Below the pieces are notes generated by a model, which ran no database searches, had not been told where the DNA came from, and saw only the letters and a program-made list of their open reading frames with translations. A DNA stretch of 63,761 nt, the filler included, from Trichomonas gallinae (lineage: Eukaryota): the NCBI GenBank assembly GCA_008369845.1. It is 9 parts of 9 records of this genome, joined end to end, with 100 filler letters (N's around TTAATTAATTAA, not from the genome) between each part and the next. Parts side by side here need not be neighbours in the genome. Positions count along the whole stretch, not along the records: positions 13,037 to 29,201 come from MRSU01000603.1; positions 29,302 to 36,962 come from MRSU01000605.1; 7 more parts are not named here. The stretch is one strand, 5' to 3'. Of this stretch, positions 21,901 through 32,644 are shown one piece after another (the stretch's first letter is position 1; every line of letters begins with the position of its first letter). The position numbers were made by a program, and so were the translations under genes.

Positions 21901-22148
21901 AGGGGTAAAAATTGATAAATGAACGAAACAGTTGCAATAAAAGTCATAGATAAGGTAGAACTGAAGTCGTAGTATGCCATTTGATCAATTAGTTCGTATA
22001 ATGTTCTTTCTGAATCTTGAACAGCTAAAATTTGAAGGTAATAACCCAGTTTTGTTCGCGCATTCATGATTGCCGACGTGTCTGACAAAGGATCAGCAAG
22101 GCAAGAAAAAGCATCTCTCAGCTGCCCAGCAATATTTTCAAAAGTCAA
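18969..22148 (-). CDS. large hypothetical helical protein
   Basis: Uninterrupted ORF of about 1050 codons. The track start is TTG and the first ATG is at 22067. No motif recognised. Confidence 0.75.
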   Translation of the reverse strand: MTFENIAGQLRDAFSCLADPLSDTSAIMNARTKLGYYLQILAVQDSERTLYELIDQMAYYDFSSTLSMTFIATVSFIYQFLPLDTRFVTIYTSYMHFKKHVISDDSLFIQNFIKFLSAGGGKILPCKTQVVDGYLNILPSVPSCARLIGLLISSDPEQLSPYLWTYFNSYDINENYISLLAAVIFSCPTLHVSSDFQSYHQEVIKTCHSYVLNKENKFSLIEESLAIISYYIEQKMTDPKSILPIYSEPNLNSLAVGCWAKYAAYGDLSKIPTFSSDLTPPSAFLNLIVETFKNPSFSFSYFKVPHWLWESCLSEFHIIKSIESGIYHHSIPSLSIDELNSVVQMTHFLPSWAFVQCINSRFPSPDINIRVLKIVGDTPIPIAIAHQSELFEYFRFVIKLPRIQKDLITCINDLFVPVDKLTHDFIKFIASNTDPFDENSLMNNLPILTDLLDFRIQLDYIMPIFYSIYENFDSFNLGLSFLNTILMFFAAISPYLSAEYMTFISNIATVVIVAGFQENLDQNAGFDHSIVKVFKQCTKYYKVISSDLVFNPLYNLSDSLPLIIPALILISHIPTENVGNIALLWENLPKCIPISPVYSIYAILAHFSYVSKNQLEGLVQKSSEHIISILNYNEDSTIKILATAFFDESIKFQIKYPSNIFQLDSNNLVPNDPSMTRILLKYIPKLMERLIDYENQLYLLFMKGKPNLTPEFIKLVQKKITEIPPRKIEKRLRQILGELCIKSPEYIGEESWIKRSLQNYKYEKPELPDLNGKTTKEIIDAISIFIPIDKSKPENFIRLNAMRLTRKNPKYTNVYNKLVSLSEDLDECNFWLQSSKYNQKIPFEPVGGEKSQIFTILNSKEPILPESDDCDYIIILKLRNCRSRDALTISSTYESPTLEAMFLKTRIVLPQEKLSEMIATCSLASAKINLMNYMQFYLQTSPTLALDKNELLNLFKVDTRNVFMFNSAFLALASISTMKIKVSSATELINNFLIDVFKNAKWSSPQIYSLLPVLVSLYTDLPANSSGKKEIKKFFLAFPSQLLTGTQFEPIYEKLMTIL

Positions 22149-22269
22149 ATCGATTTATGTCAAATCCGATTATTTTCCCCTCAATTTATTACCAATTTGA
22201 CGTGTCAAAAATAATGTCAGAAAGCAAAATTTATTCCACAGTTATAAACTAAAGTTGATATATGATCAG

Positions 22270-22535
22270 CAATGATTAGAATAGGAGAATCCATATATAA
22301 GTTTTATGCATTTTTCATTGCAGCTTTCAATAATGGAATTCTGTCATCTTTTTATTAATAGTGTCTATCAATTTTGTGAAAGTTTCGAATTTACTTTCTT
22401 GTGCAGCTTTCAATAATGGAGCTTTTCCACATTCATTTTTTGTTTCGTAATTTACACCAAGTTTGATTAATTTTGTGCAGCTTTCAATAATGGAGTTTTC
22501 CCATCTTTGTGTTTTGATTCTATATTAGCTCAAAT
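22270..22535 (-). pseudogene. ankyrin-repeat gene remnant
   Basis: The minus strand reads *ANIESKHKDGKTPLLKAAQN*, then after a frameshift KLIKLGVNYETKNECGKAPLLKAAQESKFETFTKLID. This explains the three copies of TGCAGCTTTCAATAATGGA. Confidence 0.8.
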
Positions 22536-22584
22536 AATAGTCGTGTTTTCCGAAAACAAAATAGTATGGATTTAAAAGCTTACT

Positions 22585-23673
22585 TTATAAACAACTGACT
22601 AAAATCATGAGATGATTACATATTATTAAAATAGTTTGATCAGAATGATCACCCAAACATGTCTTATCGTTTGTAACAGAGTATTTGGAAAAACGCAATT
22701 CAGTTATCGCCTGGCATCCAAATGTAGAAATGTGGGGAAGTAGATTAATTTTTGATGAAAAAGTATTGTTTATAGTGATAAATGTTGCACCTATCTGATA
22801 TGTGAATAAGGACAAACTTTCAACGTTGCAATTGATTATTGTAAGATTTCCACCATAAATACCACTTTGTGAAAACGGTTTTCCTTTACCAAATGGTCCT
22901 AAAATTGTGCATTCGTCAATAATTACATCATCATCGCACCTAATTATTCCAAATCTAGATGTATCTTGTGTATTATTTACAATATTACATTTATAATCAT
23001 GATAGCTGCCTTCTGGACTATAATTATGTTGAATACATGTTTCAGATTTTGCATGATTTCCCTCAAAAGTTGAATAATTTATTATCGCAACATCTTTGAC
23101 ATTTGAAAGTGAAAATCCAGAATAAATGTCAGCATCATTTTTTGAAATATTTGAAGAAAACATACCACTTTTTCCCGTAGCCGAAGCTATTAAACATGAA
23201 CTTTGTTCAGTGCATTGAGAAATAGAACTATCTACTATATAATTGATAGTAAAATAATTGTATGATAGGCTTATGTATATATATTGACCTGTTGCACCAA
23301 ATATGTTTGTGGTACAAAATCGATATTGAGCTATTGAATTATGTCCATTTATTTTGATTGCTCCTTGATCTGCGTGATTACAATTATTAAAAAAACAATA
23401 AGAATGCAAAATATTGTAACCATTTGTATTTACATTTATTATTGTCGATGACAATCCTATGAAACTGCATTGATAGACGTATATTTCATTTTTATTTTTA
23501 TTATCAATATATGAAACAATACGGTTTTTACATCCAACATAGTCATTTCCGTCATAGTTTGCGTCAAAATATCGATTCCATATATCTGGTGGCGCTTTAT
23601 CCTGATGTATCTTTAACTTTTTTATGTCCGCGTCAGAAATCTCTCACAAAATATCAAATGTCAATTGAAACAT
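22585..23673 (-). pseudogene. trichomonad Cys/Asn/Ser-rich putative surface protein gene with an early in-frame TGA
   Basis: The frame of ORF 22585-23454 extends upstream to ATG 23673: MFQLTFDIL*EISDADIKKLKIHQDKAPPDIWNRYFDANY...IYVYQCSFIG. The TGA is at 23644-23646. Same family as 38838+. Confidence 0.75.
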
Positions 23674-23987
23674 TAAGAATTTCGTTCAAAGAATTGAGAA
23701 TAATTTGTCGGTTATAACAATATATGTTTCTGTAGTATTGAAAATCTTTTCTATATCAAGATAAGGCAAAACATTAATTTGAAGCAAAATTTCGAAAACA
23801 GAAAAATTGCAACAATAAGAGACAGAGATGATAATTACTTGAAAATGAATAATCCAAACTATGTTTTATAAAAGGATTTCAATAATTGACATAGATATTT
23901 GGAAATTAATGGTATTTCCTTTTATAATAAAATAAATTCAAACAAATTTATATATATATTGAAAAACAAAACAAAAAATAATAATAG

Positions 23988-26900
23988 TTAGATTCTTGCT
24001 GATTTCGCGCTTGCCAATAATGTCTGAGGCTTAACAATTTTCTTGTTACGAGCAGATCTTTTTGCTGTCAGTGGCGCGTTGAGTCTTCCGTATAAATCAT
24101 TTGCTGTCTTCGGAATATTTAGTCTTGGAACAGGGAAGTCTTCTTCTCTCTCGACAATTTGTGTTTTAAGGAATTCAATTGCATTCTTCAACTCTTCATT
24201 TTCCTTCTTGAGATCCTTATTTTCTTGTATCCGCTGCTCTAAGATCGTTATCTCTTCTTCTGGAGAAAGATTTCGTGGTGATATTCTTCCTGACCTGACT
24301 GACTGGGACTTCGCTGTCACAAGCTTCCTTCTCAGTCTGTCGAGCTCTGCAATTGGCTCTCTCACATGTATTTCTACTTGTTCTTCGTATTGCTCGTGTT
24401 CATCCCTCATGTCTTCGAGTTCATTGCTCGCGTTTGCGATTTTAGTCAATATATCATTCAACTCTTCTTCATCAACATCAACTAGAGGCTCCAAGTCTTC
24501 ATTTAGGTCTCTTGTTTTTAGTGTCAGCATGTCTTTGATATGAGAAAGCATCGTGTTCTCATGTACAACAGTTTTGATCTCGTTTTGAAGCTCTTCAATT
24601 GTGTTTTCGTATAAAACAAGTTTCTTTTCTCCTTCGAGTAAATCTGTTTGCAATTCATGCAATTCTTCTTCAAGTCTATGCTTTCCACCCCAAAGAAGTG
24701 AATTATATTGTCTCCTATCATCAACCAAAACGTTTTTCTTTTTGTCGAAAACTCTTTTCATTCCGATTTGCCTGATGCAGTTTGCAACTCTTTGCTTGAG
24801 TATTTCGACCTCTAATTCTTTAATTTCTTCTTTGACGGCTGCAATTGGATCAGCAGGTTTAACTTTAAACTTGTGTTCTTTGACAACTTGATGCATTCTT
24901 TCTTCTCCTGTTAATAAATCTGACAAAGTGCTAAGTGCAGCACTGAAAAATTCTTCGTGAACGTTGCCGAAATTCTTTTTACGAGCATCGATTTCTTGCT
25001 GCAACTCTGTCAAAACTTTTGTATAATATTCGCGAGTTTCTGCTTCAGTCTTTCTCTCGAAATGTTTGTTATCATGTGTGAAAAGTTTTAATGTCGCCAA
25101 AAGATTGTTAAGTTCGTAATATTTCTTTTCGAAAGTATCTGCCAGTGCCATTTTCATTTTTCCTGAATAATCTCTCGCGAGTTTCCTCATGTAGCAGTCG
25201 CATCTTAATACATCATCCAGATTAGTATCATATATGTTTAAGCCCCCTGCTAATGTTGATGGCCAAACACTGGAAAAACGTTCAGCGGACTTCCTCAGAT
25301 CATCGTAAATTCTTTGTGATAAAGGAAGCAATTGTTCTTTGAGCTTGGAAACTAAAATTAATCCATCACCAGTTTTATATGCAATTGAACACTCTTGTGC
25401 TATTGTAATCAGCTTGCAAATGTTATAACTTTTTTCAAGATTGAATTGAAAAGTTAAATCTTTCGGATCAGGAAGGAAGAAAACTGTTTTCTTGATTTCT
25501 GATGTATTCACAGCCCTTGAATATATTTCAGGTCTGAATGTTGGGCTTCCAAGGTTTAGTGATTTTTGGTATTCGTCAGCCATCTTTTCGTATTCGTTAT
25601 CTATTTGGTCGATTTGTTCATTCCTCATATATTCTGTGATGAAAATTCGGAATTTTTCGATTGTTGCTTCGTTTTCTTTAATTTTTGTTACATCGCCTTC
25701 AATCGGTTTAATGTTTTTTGTCTTTGTGAGTTTTTCAGTGAAGAATGAACCTTTTGTGAAATGCTCGCCTTTGTAGTTCAAGAAAACTGATAAACTATTC
25801 AAATCTTTCGATAAAATTCCAGAAGAAATCTCGAAGAAAGCCAGTCTTAATAGATTTGATGAATACAATGTTTTCAGATAAACCAGCTTCATGTCATCCA
25901 ACGTGTTTGTTTTGTACTTTATCATGGCGTCATTGATCATATCATCAAGCTTCTTTGTGCCTTCCTGATAGTATGTTCTCGCGTTGTCTCCCATGACGAA
26001 CATGTACTGTAATGCCCAAATAGGTATAAAGCGATTTATGCAGACAAATCTTTTTTCATAATTTTGCGGTGAAACAATCATCGAATACATTTCTCTCACT
26101 GGTCCTTCAACTGAGCCATTCTTAGAATTTGGTCTTCTTCCTATGATTTTTTCAACAGCTGCTTTAGGATTTTCGATTTGGTCGATGCTTGGAATCAAAA
26201 TCGACAAAGTTAATTTTAGAAGTTCGATATCTTCGAATGTTTCCAAATAATGCAAGACAGAATCAACGTCTTTCTTTTCGTTCTCCATGTCTCTGGTTAT
26301 CTGCTGAACAATTGATGAACCGTTATTAAATGAATCTGTTCTAACTTGCTCGAAAACTTTTTCGTGACGTTGAGTTCCTGAATAAGTAAACCTATAAAAG
26401 TACAACAATCTCGTTCTCAATAAACATATTTTGACGATTTTCTCATTGCAATTCATTGTCAAACAGTCGTCGAGTGTCAGATTTGCAAATGGTTCAATGA
26501 TTTCGTTATTGTAAAACTTTCCGTGCTTCAGAGTGTTTTGGTTTCCATTTTGATGGGAGAAAATCATCTCCATTGTCATCATGAAAGCCATATCTACCCT
26601 CATAGCATTCAATATTGTATCGTCTTCAATTGATGCAAATAAGTTTGTTTCTGGAAGAAAATCATAAAACATTTCATTGTGATTGAATGAGTGTGTGAAG
26701 TTTCCTTCTGTACTGTAGTTATTGTAGCGAATCGCTGTTCTCAACTGTAAATTATAGAAATACTGTTCTCTGTGGCTTGGTTTCGCGAGCTCATCGTTTG
26801 GCTGTTTTTGGTGATTTGATGCTTGAGTATTATAATAAGGCAACAAAACTTTCGTTGATATCAACTGATTTTGCATAGCGTGGTAAGAAAGCTGTGCTTC

Positions 26901-28679
26901 AAATGTATCTGCACAGCCTTCAAATCCTTTTATATTGAAATCCGTCTGCAAGAAATCGAAAGGATAAAAAGTATCACCTTGAAAACTCTTCATTTGATTC
27001 ATGAAAGAATTCCAGATTCCGAAAGTAATGTATTCTCTATATTTCTCGTTCTTTATCATCAGTGTATCGCATATTTCATTGCAGAGTCCTTCTTCATCTT
27101 TGAATAAAAGCGTCAAAATCGATAGTTCTGACATTATCTCAAAGGTGTCAGAAAAGTTATCTTTGTCATTAATCTTTCTGTGTGCTTTTTGCATGCTGAT
27201 CAATGTACCGAATACTTTCGATAATACATCATATGTGTCAGCTTCTAGTGAATAAACTCTCTCAAAAGAAGTGATTTTTCCTTCAAGATAGAATGAAGTA
27301 TCTGGCCTGTGACCGAAAACTTTGTCGCAAACAAATAAAACGTCACAAGAAAACGAATGAAGAGAAATTTCATGAAGAACGTTCATGAACTTCAATTTAG
27401 ACTGAAGGAATTTAAGTTCGGACTCTAAAGAAATCTGTATGACTAAATCTAAATCAGGATTTTTGATTAACTTGTAAACTTGATTAACATTTGTAATAAA
27501 CTGTCTCCTAAATGCGCTGTAGCCTGGAATCGTTGGCAAAGTTTGCTGCGGCAACTCTTGTCTGTGGATTTTGTATTTGAATGTATTAATTTCCTGCAAT
27601 GTTGTTATGATCTTGTGAAGTAAAATTCTGTTTCTTATAAACGATAATTTTTGCCAACAAGCAAGAATTTCTTCTCTTATGTCTATTGTCCTTTTGATGA
27701 CAAATCTTTCATCAGAATAAACGTCGTTTACGTCTTTCGCGTTAGATGAAGAGATGTCTGCAAGTTTTCTCGCAATTATTGGTTCCGTTTTAATGTTTTC
27801 GAAAATAATCGATTGAAAAATCTCCTTCATTGATGGATTTTTGCCTAATGTTGGTGGTGGGTCGATAGATGATGGTATTATGTGGCTTCTAAAGATATCT
27901 GAGAAGCTTTTATCGCAAGAATAGAAGAAATGATGACCATCATGTAAATCTATGTCAAAATCGATATTGAGCTCGCTAGAAAGGATTTTCAATCTGTCTA
28001 TAAAGTTATCAGCTGATTCTGGGAAGCTTGGGAATGAAAAATCAGAATATTTCGAATTATCTTCATCAAGACGAGAAATTGCAAGAGAAACAATCTCTTT
28101 CTTATGTGTAAGTGATAATAATCTAAATATTTCGTAAAATGACTCCAAAGGAAAGTAATTTAAGTGAATGTAATTATCTACATTGCGAATAAATTGTTTT
28201 TCAGTATCAAGAAGCTTTGATTCAGACTGTGTAAGCTTAAGTAATAGTGTTTTTGTCTCCATTTCTTCGCTTAAAAGTCGTTTTTGAAATTCGTTAAATT
28301 GTAAGAAATTATTTTTAAGCGTAAATGGGCTATTTATCCTTTCGTTTATGATTTCACGCTTCATTTTGATATCTGTGGCATACTTTTCGAGTAAATTGTG
28401 CAAACTTTTGTGAGAAAGTGGATCGAAATATTCTTCAAACTTTGATTTTATTTGCTCATAGAAGAAGTTTGTTTCGCCGTAGAAGTTTTTATATTCGTAT
28501 TGTTCCAAATATTCTGAGATTTTGGCATCATATTCTTCTGATGGAGGAAAACATCTGTATGAAATAGGAAAATGGACGCAATCACCAGGACTGAGGGATA
28601 TAATTTTGTTTTCTATATCAGAATTGAGGTCAGAAAGAAATTCTGTGAAAGATTTATGATTTAACTTCTCCCTCCTCAT
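23988..28679 (-). CDS. large helical protein with a C-terminal coiled coil
   Basis: 1563-aa ATG-started ORF; the last ~350 aa are heptad-rich in E/K/L. Confidence 0.8.
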   Translation of the reverse strand: MRREKLNHKSFTEFLSDLNSDIENKIISLSPGDCVHFPISYRCFPPSEEYDAKISEYLEQYEYKNFYGETNFFYEQIKSKFEEYFDPLSHKSLHNLLEKYATDIKMKREIINERINSPFTLKNNFLQFNEFQKRLLSEEMETKTLLLKLTQSESKLLDTEKQFIRNVDNYIHLNYFPLESFYEIFRLLSLTHKKEIVSLAISRLDEDNSKYSDFSFPSFPESADNFIDRLKILSSELNIDFDIDLHDGHHFFYSCDKSFSDIFRSHIIPSSIDPPPTLGKNPSMKEIFQSIIFENIKTEPIIARKLADISSSNAKDVNDVYSDERFVIKRTIDIREEILACWQKLSFIRNRILLHKIITTLQEINTFKYKIHRQELPQQTLPTIPGYSAFRRQFITNVNQVYKLIKNPDLDLVIQISLESELKFLQSKLKFMNVLHEISLHSFSCDVLFVCDKVFGHRPDTSFYLEGKITSFERVYSLEADTYDVLSKVFGTLISMQKAHRKINDKDNFSDTFEIMSELSILTLLFKDEEGLCNEICDTLMIKNEKYREYITFGIWNSFMNQMKSFQGDTFYPFDFLQTDFNIKGFEGCADTFEAQLSYHAMQNQLISTKVLLPYYNTQASNHQKQPNDELAKPSHREQYFYNLQLRTAIRYNNYSTEGNFTHSFNHNEMFYDFLPETNLFASIEDDTILNAMRVDMAFMMTMEMIFSHQNGNQNTLKHGKFYNNEIIEPFANLTLDDCLTMNCNEKIVKICLLRTRLLYFYRFTYSGTQRHEKVFEQVRTDSFNNGSSIVQQITRDMENEKKDVDSVLHYLETFEDIELLKLTLSILIPSIDQIENPKAAVEKIIGRRPNSKNGSVEGPVREMYSMIVSPQNYEKRFVCINRFIPIWALQYMFVMGDNARTYYQEGTKKLDDMINDAMIKYKTNTLDDMKLVYLKTLYSSNLLRLAFFEISSGILSKDLNSLSVFLNYKGEHFTKGSFFTEKLTKTKNIKPIEGDVTKIKENEATIEKFRIFITEYMRNEQIDQIDNEYEKMADEYQKSLNLGSPTFRPEIYSRAVNTSEIKKTVFFLPDPKDLTFQFNLEKSYNICKLITIAQECSIAYKTGDGLILVSKLKEQLLPLSQRIYDDLRKSAERFSSVWPSTLAGGLNIYDTNLDDVLRCDCYMRKLARDYSGKMKMALADTFEKKYYELNNLLATLKLFTHDNKHFERKTEAETREYYTKVLTELQQEIDARKKNFGNVHEEFFSAALSTLSDLLTGEERMHQVVKEHKFKVKPADPIAAVKEEIKELEVEILKQRVANCIRQIGMKRVFDKKKNVLVDDRRQYNSLLWGGKHRLEEELHELQTDLLEGEKKLVLYENTIEELQNEIKTVVHENTMLSHIKDMLTLKTRDLNEDLEPLVDVDEEELNDILTKIANASNELEDMRDEHEQYEEQVEIHVREPIAELDRLRRKLVTAKSQSVRSGRISPRNLSPEEEITILEQRIQENKDLKKENEELKNAIEFLKTQIVEREEDFPVPRLNIPKTANDLYGRLNAPLTAKRSARNKKIVKPQTLLASAKSARI

Positions 28680-28701
28680 CTTAATTTTCTAACGAAAATC
28701 C

Positions 28702-28709
28702 GTCACTTT
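28702..28709 (-). promoter_or_regulatory. AAAGTGAC (Trichomonas M2-like core promoter motif)
   Basis: Lies about 23 nt upstream of the ATG at 28679 on the gene strand. The same word is upstream of PFK (42001-42008) and HydE (about 48652-48659). Confidence 0.4.
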
Positions 28710-29130
28710 TTAAAAAACAAAAATTGCAAAATTCTCAATGAATATTGAGTTTTGGTTGTTGTAAACCTCTATGTAATACTAATTTTTCTCTGCTAATTAT
28801 GTATACGACTTTGGTTTTAGAAATGATACAAGAGTCAGCGGTAATAATGAATATAAGGTTAATGGAAATTTGACAGCGTAAATAGTATTGTCAAAAGTTA
28901 ATAATGTTGATTATGACAAATATACTAGATAAATGACTATATTAATTTGTGTTTTGATTGTAGTTATTTGAAAAGTATCAATAGGAAAAGTATGATAAAA
29001 TATTCTTGGTAATAAGATGTGAAAAATCAATATCTTTTGATTATGATTTCTTTAAAGAGTATTTACATGTCAAAATTAATGAAAAATTATATTTATTATC
29101 AAAAATTATTTTATTATATACTAAATGTAA

Positions 29131-29201
29131 GGGCCTTTAGCTCACCTGGGAGAGCGTGCGACTGAAGATCGCAAGGTACGTGGTTCAAGTCCGCGAAGGC
29201 C
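29131..29201 (+). tRNA. tRNA-Phe (GAA), last bases cut by the gap
   Basis: Acceptor GGGCCTT/AAGGCC, D stem GCTC/GAGC, anticodon arm TGCGA-CTGAAGA-TCGCA, T arm CGTGG-TTCAAGT-CCGCG. Confidence 0.95.
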
Positions 29202-29301
29202 NNNNNNNNNNNNNNNNNNNNNNNNNNNNNNNNNNNNNNNNNNNNTTAATTAATTAANNNNNNNNNNNNNNNNNNNNNNNNNNNNNNNNNNNNNNNNNNN
29301 N

Positions 29302-29371
29302 GGTCATAGTGTAATGGTTATCATGTAAGATTGTCGTTCTTTTGATCCGGGTTCGATTCCCGGTGACCGAG
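29302..29371 (+). tRNA. tRNA-Asp (GTC), first bases cut by the gap
   Basis: Acceptor GGTCA/TGACC, anticodon loop TTGTCGT, T arm CCGGG-TTCGATT-CCCGG, followed by a T8 Pol III terminator. Confidence 0.92.
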
Positions 29372-31870
29372 CTTTTTTTTCCAATTTTTATTCCAATTCC
29401 AAGATTTACTAAAAGTGACAAACATCTTCTAGGCATAACCTATGAAGTTAATGTTCTTAAATATGTCACTGATACATCTCAACCTAATTTTGTTATTAGG
29501 TCATTCGTTGAGAGTATTTACAGCGGCACAAGTGATATATATTGTTTCAAAGCAGTCGCGAATACATTAACAAGTGTTTCACTTGATACAAATCCGAATT
29601 TAACATATATAGGCTCATATGCGTTCTATCAATGCAATAAACTTCAATCGATTGACTTATCATCGTGTTCAAAATTAAAATTAATTGATTCATTTGCTTT
29701 TCAATTTTGCAAAAGCATAACAAGTTTTCTTCTCCCAGAAGGCTTGGAGTCTATAAATCGTGCAGCATTGTCTTATTTAGGAATCACATCCATCACTTTT
29801 CCATCCACATTACTTTTACTTGATGAAAGTTCGCTGAGTAATTGTTTTCAACTTTCTTCCATAAAGTTTGAAGAAAACTGCAAGATAACTGAAATCGCCG
29901 CAAACTCGTTCAAGAGCTGCATCATTACTTCGTTCCACATTCCGCGATATTTAGAAAGAATAACAGGATCCGCTTTCAATGGTGTCACTACTATCATTGA
30001 TTTAACAATAGACAAAAATAACCTTAATTTTGTTTTAGTCGAAAACATTATATTGTATGATTCATCCAAAACAAACATAGTATATTTTGCATCTGCTAAA
30101 ACAAGAGAATATTGCATTCCATCTGGAACAAAATCCCTAGGCACTGGATCTTTTTATTCATCACAGTTATCGACCTTGATTTTGCCCGATTCTTTGAATT
30201 CAATTGAAGATTATTGCTTCACCAAATGCACTATAAGTTCATTTACTATCCCAGATTCTGTCACAAAAATAGGTCCTAATGCATTCAATTCTTGTACACA
30301 ACTTAAAACAATCCAGCTACCATCAAAATTAAAACAGTTGAATGGTGGATTATTTTCAGGGAGCGGCTTGACATCGATATCCATCCCAGATTCCGTTGAA
30401 AATATAGGGAATAATGTTTTCTCTAATTGCAAGGACTTAGGTGAGATCTCACTGCCAGAGAACTTGAAATCCTTAGGTGGAAGCGTAATCGATAAATCTC
30501 CCAAAGCATATTATGTAATCAAAGGATCAAACATTTATATTAACGAAGAAAATATTATAATAAATTCTGATAACACAACAATTATACAATATTTGGGTAA
30601 CGAACTAATTACAATAAACATCCCTGAAACGGTACAAAGGATCAAAGCATCTGCATTCAAAGGAAAAGCAAGCATACAAACAGTTGCCTGTCAAAGCAAA
30701 TCAAACTTGAAATTTATCGAACATTACGCATTCAGTGATTGCGTGAATTTACAAAGTTTTATTGGCTTCGAGTCTGTTTCTTTTATAGGTGAATATACTT
30801 TCTCCAACACCAACTTAAGTTCTGATATAGTTTTTGGAAATGATTTGTATTATATCGGAGAATCAGCTTTTTCAAATTGCAAGAAAATTCCTTCTTTAAC
30901 TTTTTCATCAAATGTTTTTCTGACTATTGGAAATAATGCATTTTCTAAGTGTTCTTCTATTTCATCTTTAAATTTTGATGCTTGCACGGATAATATAGCA
31001 ATTGGAAGTTCTTCATTTAATGGACTAACCTCGCTAAAATCTTTGAATTTATCATATAATATAAATTCAACAGGTTCAGGCTGCTTTAGTGATTGTGGGC
31101 TTGTAGATGTAACATTCCAACATAATTTTCTTGGAAGTGAAACAATTCCTATTTCAATGTTTATGAATTGTTATAAATTGAAAAATATTGAATTTCCAAA
31201 TAATGTTGTACATATCGGCGCTTAATCATTTTGCAACACTTCAATTACAAAAGTAGTTTTACCAGATTCTGTGAGAGAATTAGGTCTTGAATGTTTTAAA
31301 AACTGCACATTATTGCAATCATTAGTTATATCAAATTCTTCTAAATTGCAATTGATAAGCTACGGAGCATTTTCCGGCTGCAATAGTTTTTCAAAAATTG
31401 AAGCATTTAAGAGTTCTCATTTCATGACTGATTATGGAGCCTTATATACATCTGATATGACGAAAATGATTGTCTATCCAGCAGCGTCAACCAGTAAATT
31501 CTTTGCCTTAGCTTTCAGTCTCAGATCAATTGCTGAGAGTGCATTTATCGGATGTATTAATCTTGAGTCAATCTTAATTCCTGATAATACTGTTAAAAGC
31601 ATTGGAAGGAGCGCGTTCGAAGGATGTGTAAATCTCAAGAACATCAACATTCCAATGTCTGTCATAGAAATTGGAGAAAACGCTTTCTTGGGATGTAGGA
31701 GTCTTTTATGTGGTAGTATAAATTATGAGAACAAAAGTCTTTTATTCAGAGAAAAACTTATCAATGCAGGTCTGAATAAAAATGTTTTATCAGCTTGCAA
31801 ATATGCTACATGTAGAACAACTTACTACTCATCCAAGTTATTCATTGTTTACGTGTTTTTACTAATTTGA
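29372..31870 (+). pseudogene. BspA-like (TpLRR) surface antigen gene with no ATG start and an in-frame TAA
   Basis: Many L..I.lP.sv..Ig..AF..C repeats. ORFs 29342-31225 and 31271-31870 are in the same frame and read ...VVHIGA*SFCNTSITKVVLPDSVRELG... across the TAA at 31223-31225. The C-terminus is hydrophobic. Confidence 0.85.
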
Positions 31871-32644
31871 TATAATTATAAAAATATCCTATTAACTTTT
31901 TAATGATATCTGTTAACTCATAATGTAAAATTGTGTATATGGAGTTAGTTGTATGTTTAGTTGCTATTTAAGAAAAAATTCAAAATAACTTTCTTTTTTG
32001 ATTGGTTTATTGTTGCTAAGCAAAATAAAACTAATTTCTAATAGATTTGTCTTTATTCTATATGCATCTCATAAGAAAATAATGAGATTTAAAAATCTTG
32101 AAAAATTAATGTCCTCATTTTTTTTATTTCCACGAAAATTTAGCTATACATGGTTCATTAAAGGCCAATATTAAAAGATCTTATCCGATTAATTGTCAAA
32201 ATAAACAATTTACATGTCAAATAAAGCTTATTTCGAGACAAAACAATGCGAAATCTACGATGAACAAATTCTGGACTCTTTCATCGCCATATATAGCCCA
32301 TAGAGCTTGCACAGGACCATGAATCATCTCGTAACTCCTAAGAGAAGCAAAATCAAGATTAACCAAAAAAGGTGAAAATCCGATCCGATTCATTACCCTT
32401 ATTGCATATATTCCAAAAATGCCTAAAACATATAAAAAACACATTTCACAAACCGATCAAATCAGATCTGACATTTTTCTTTCCTCTATTATCCATATAT
32501 TTAAAGTCAATAAATTAAAAAATGAATCCGACCAGATAAAAACGTGACACATCTTCACTCTTTTCAAAAAATGTGAAATATAAATAATACAGCATGTTAA
32601 CAAGCACTTTTCAATTTTAAAATGTTTACAAATTAATTTTAAAA

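Noticed and set aside
22319..22494. Three identical 19-bp direct repeats with different spacers, superficially CRISPR-like
   Set aside because: They encode PLLKAA of ankyrin repeats on the minus strand. Spacers are unequal (64 and 55 nt), there are no cas genes and the context is eukaryotic.
29131..29371. tRNA-Phe/tRNA-Asp tandem cluster
   Set aside because: The two genes are on different contigs separated by an artificial gap, so the true distance is unknown.
23644..31225. Stop-codon reassignment suggested by the in-frame TGA and TAA
   Set aside because: The two lesions use different stops, and conserved genes end normally at TAA or TGA with no internal stops. Simple nonsense mutations are enough to explain them.
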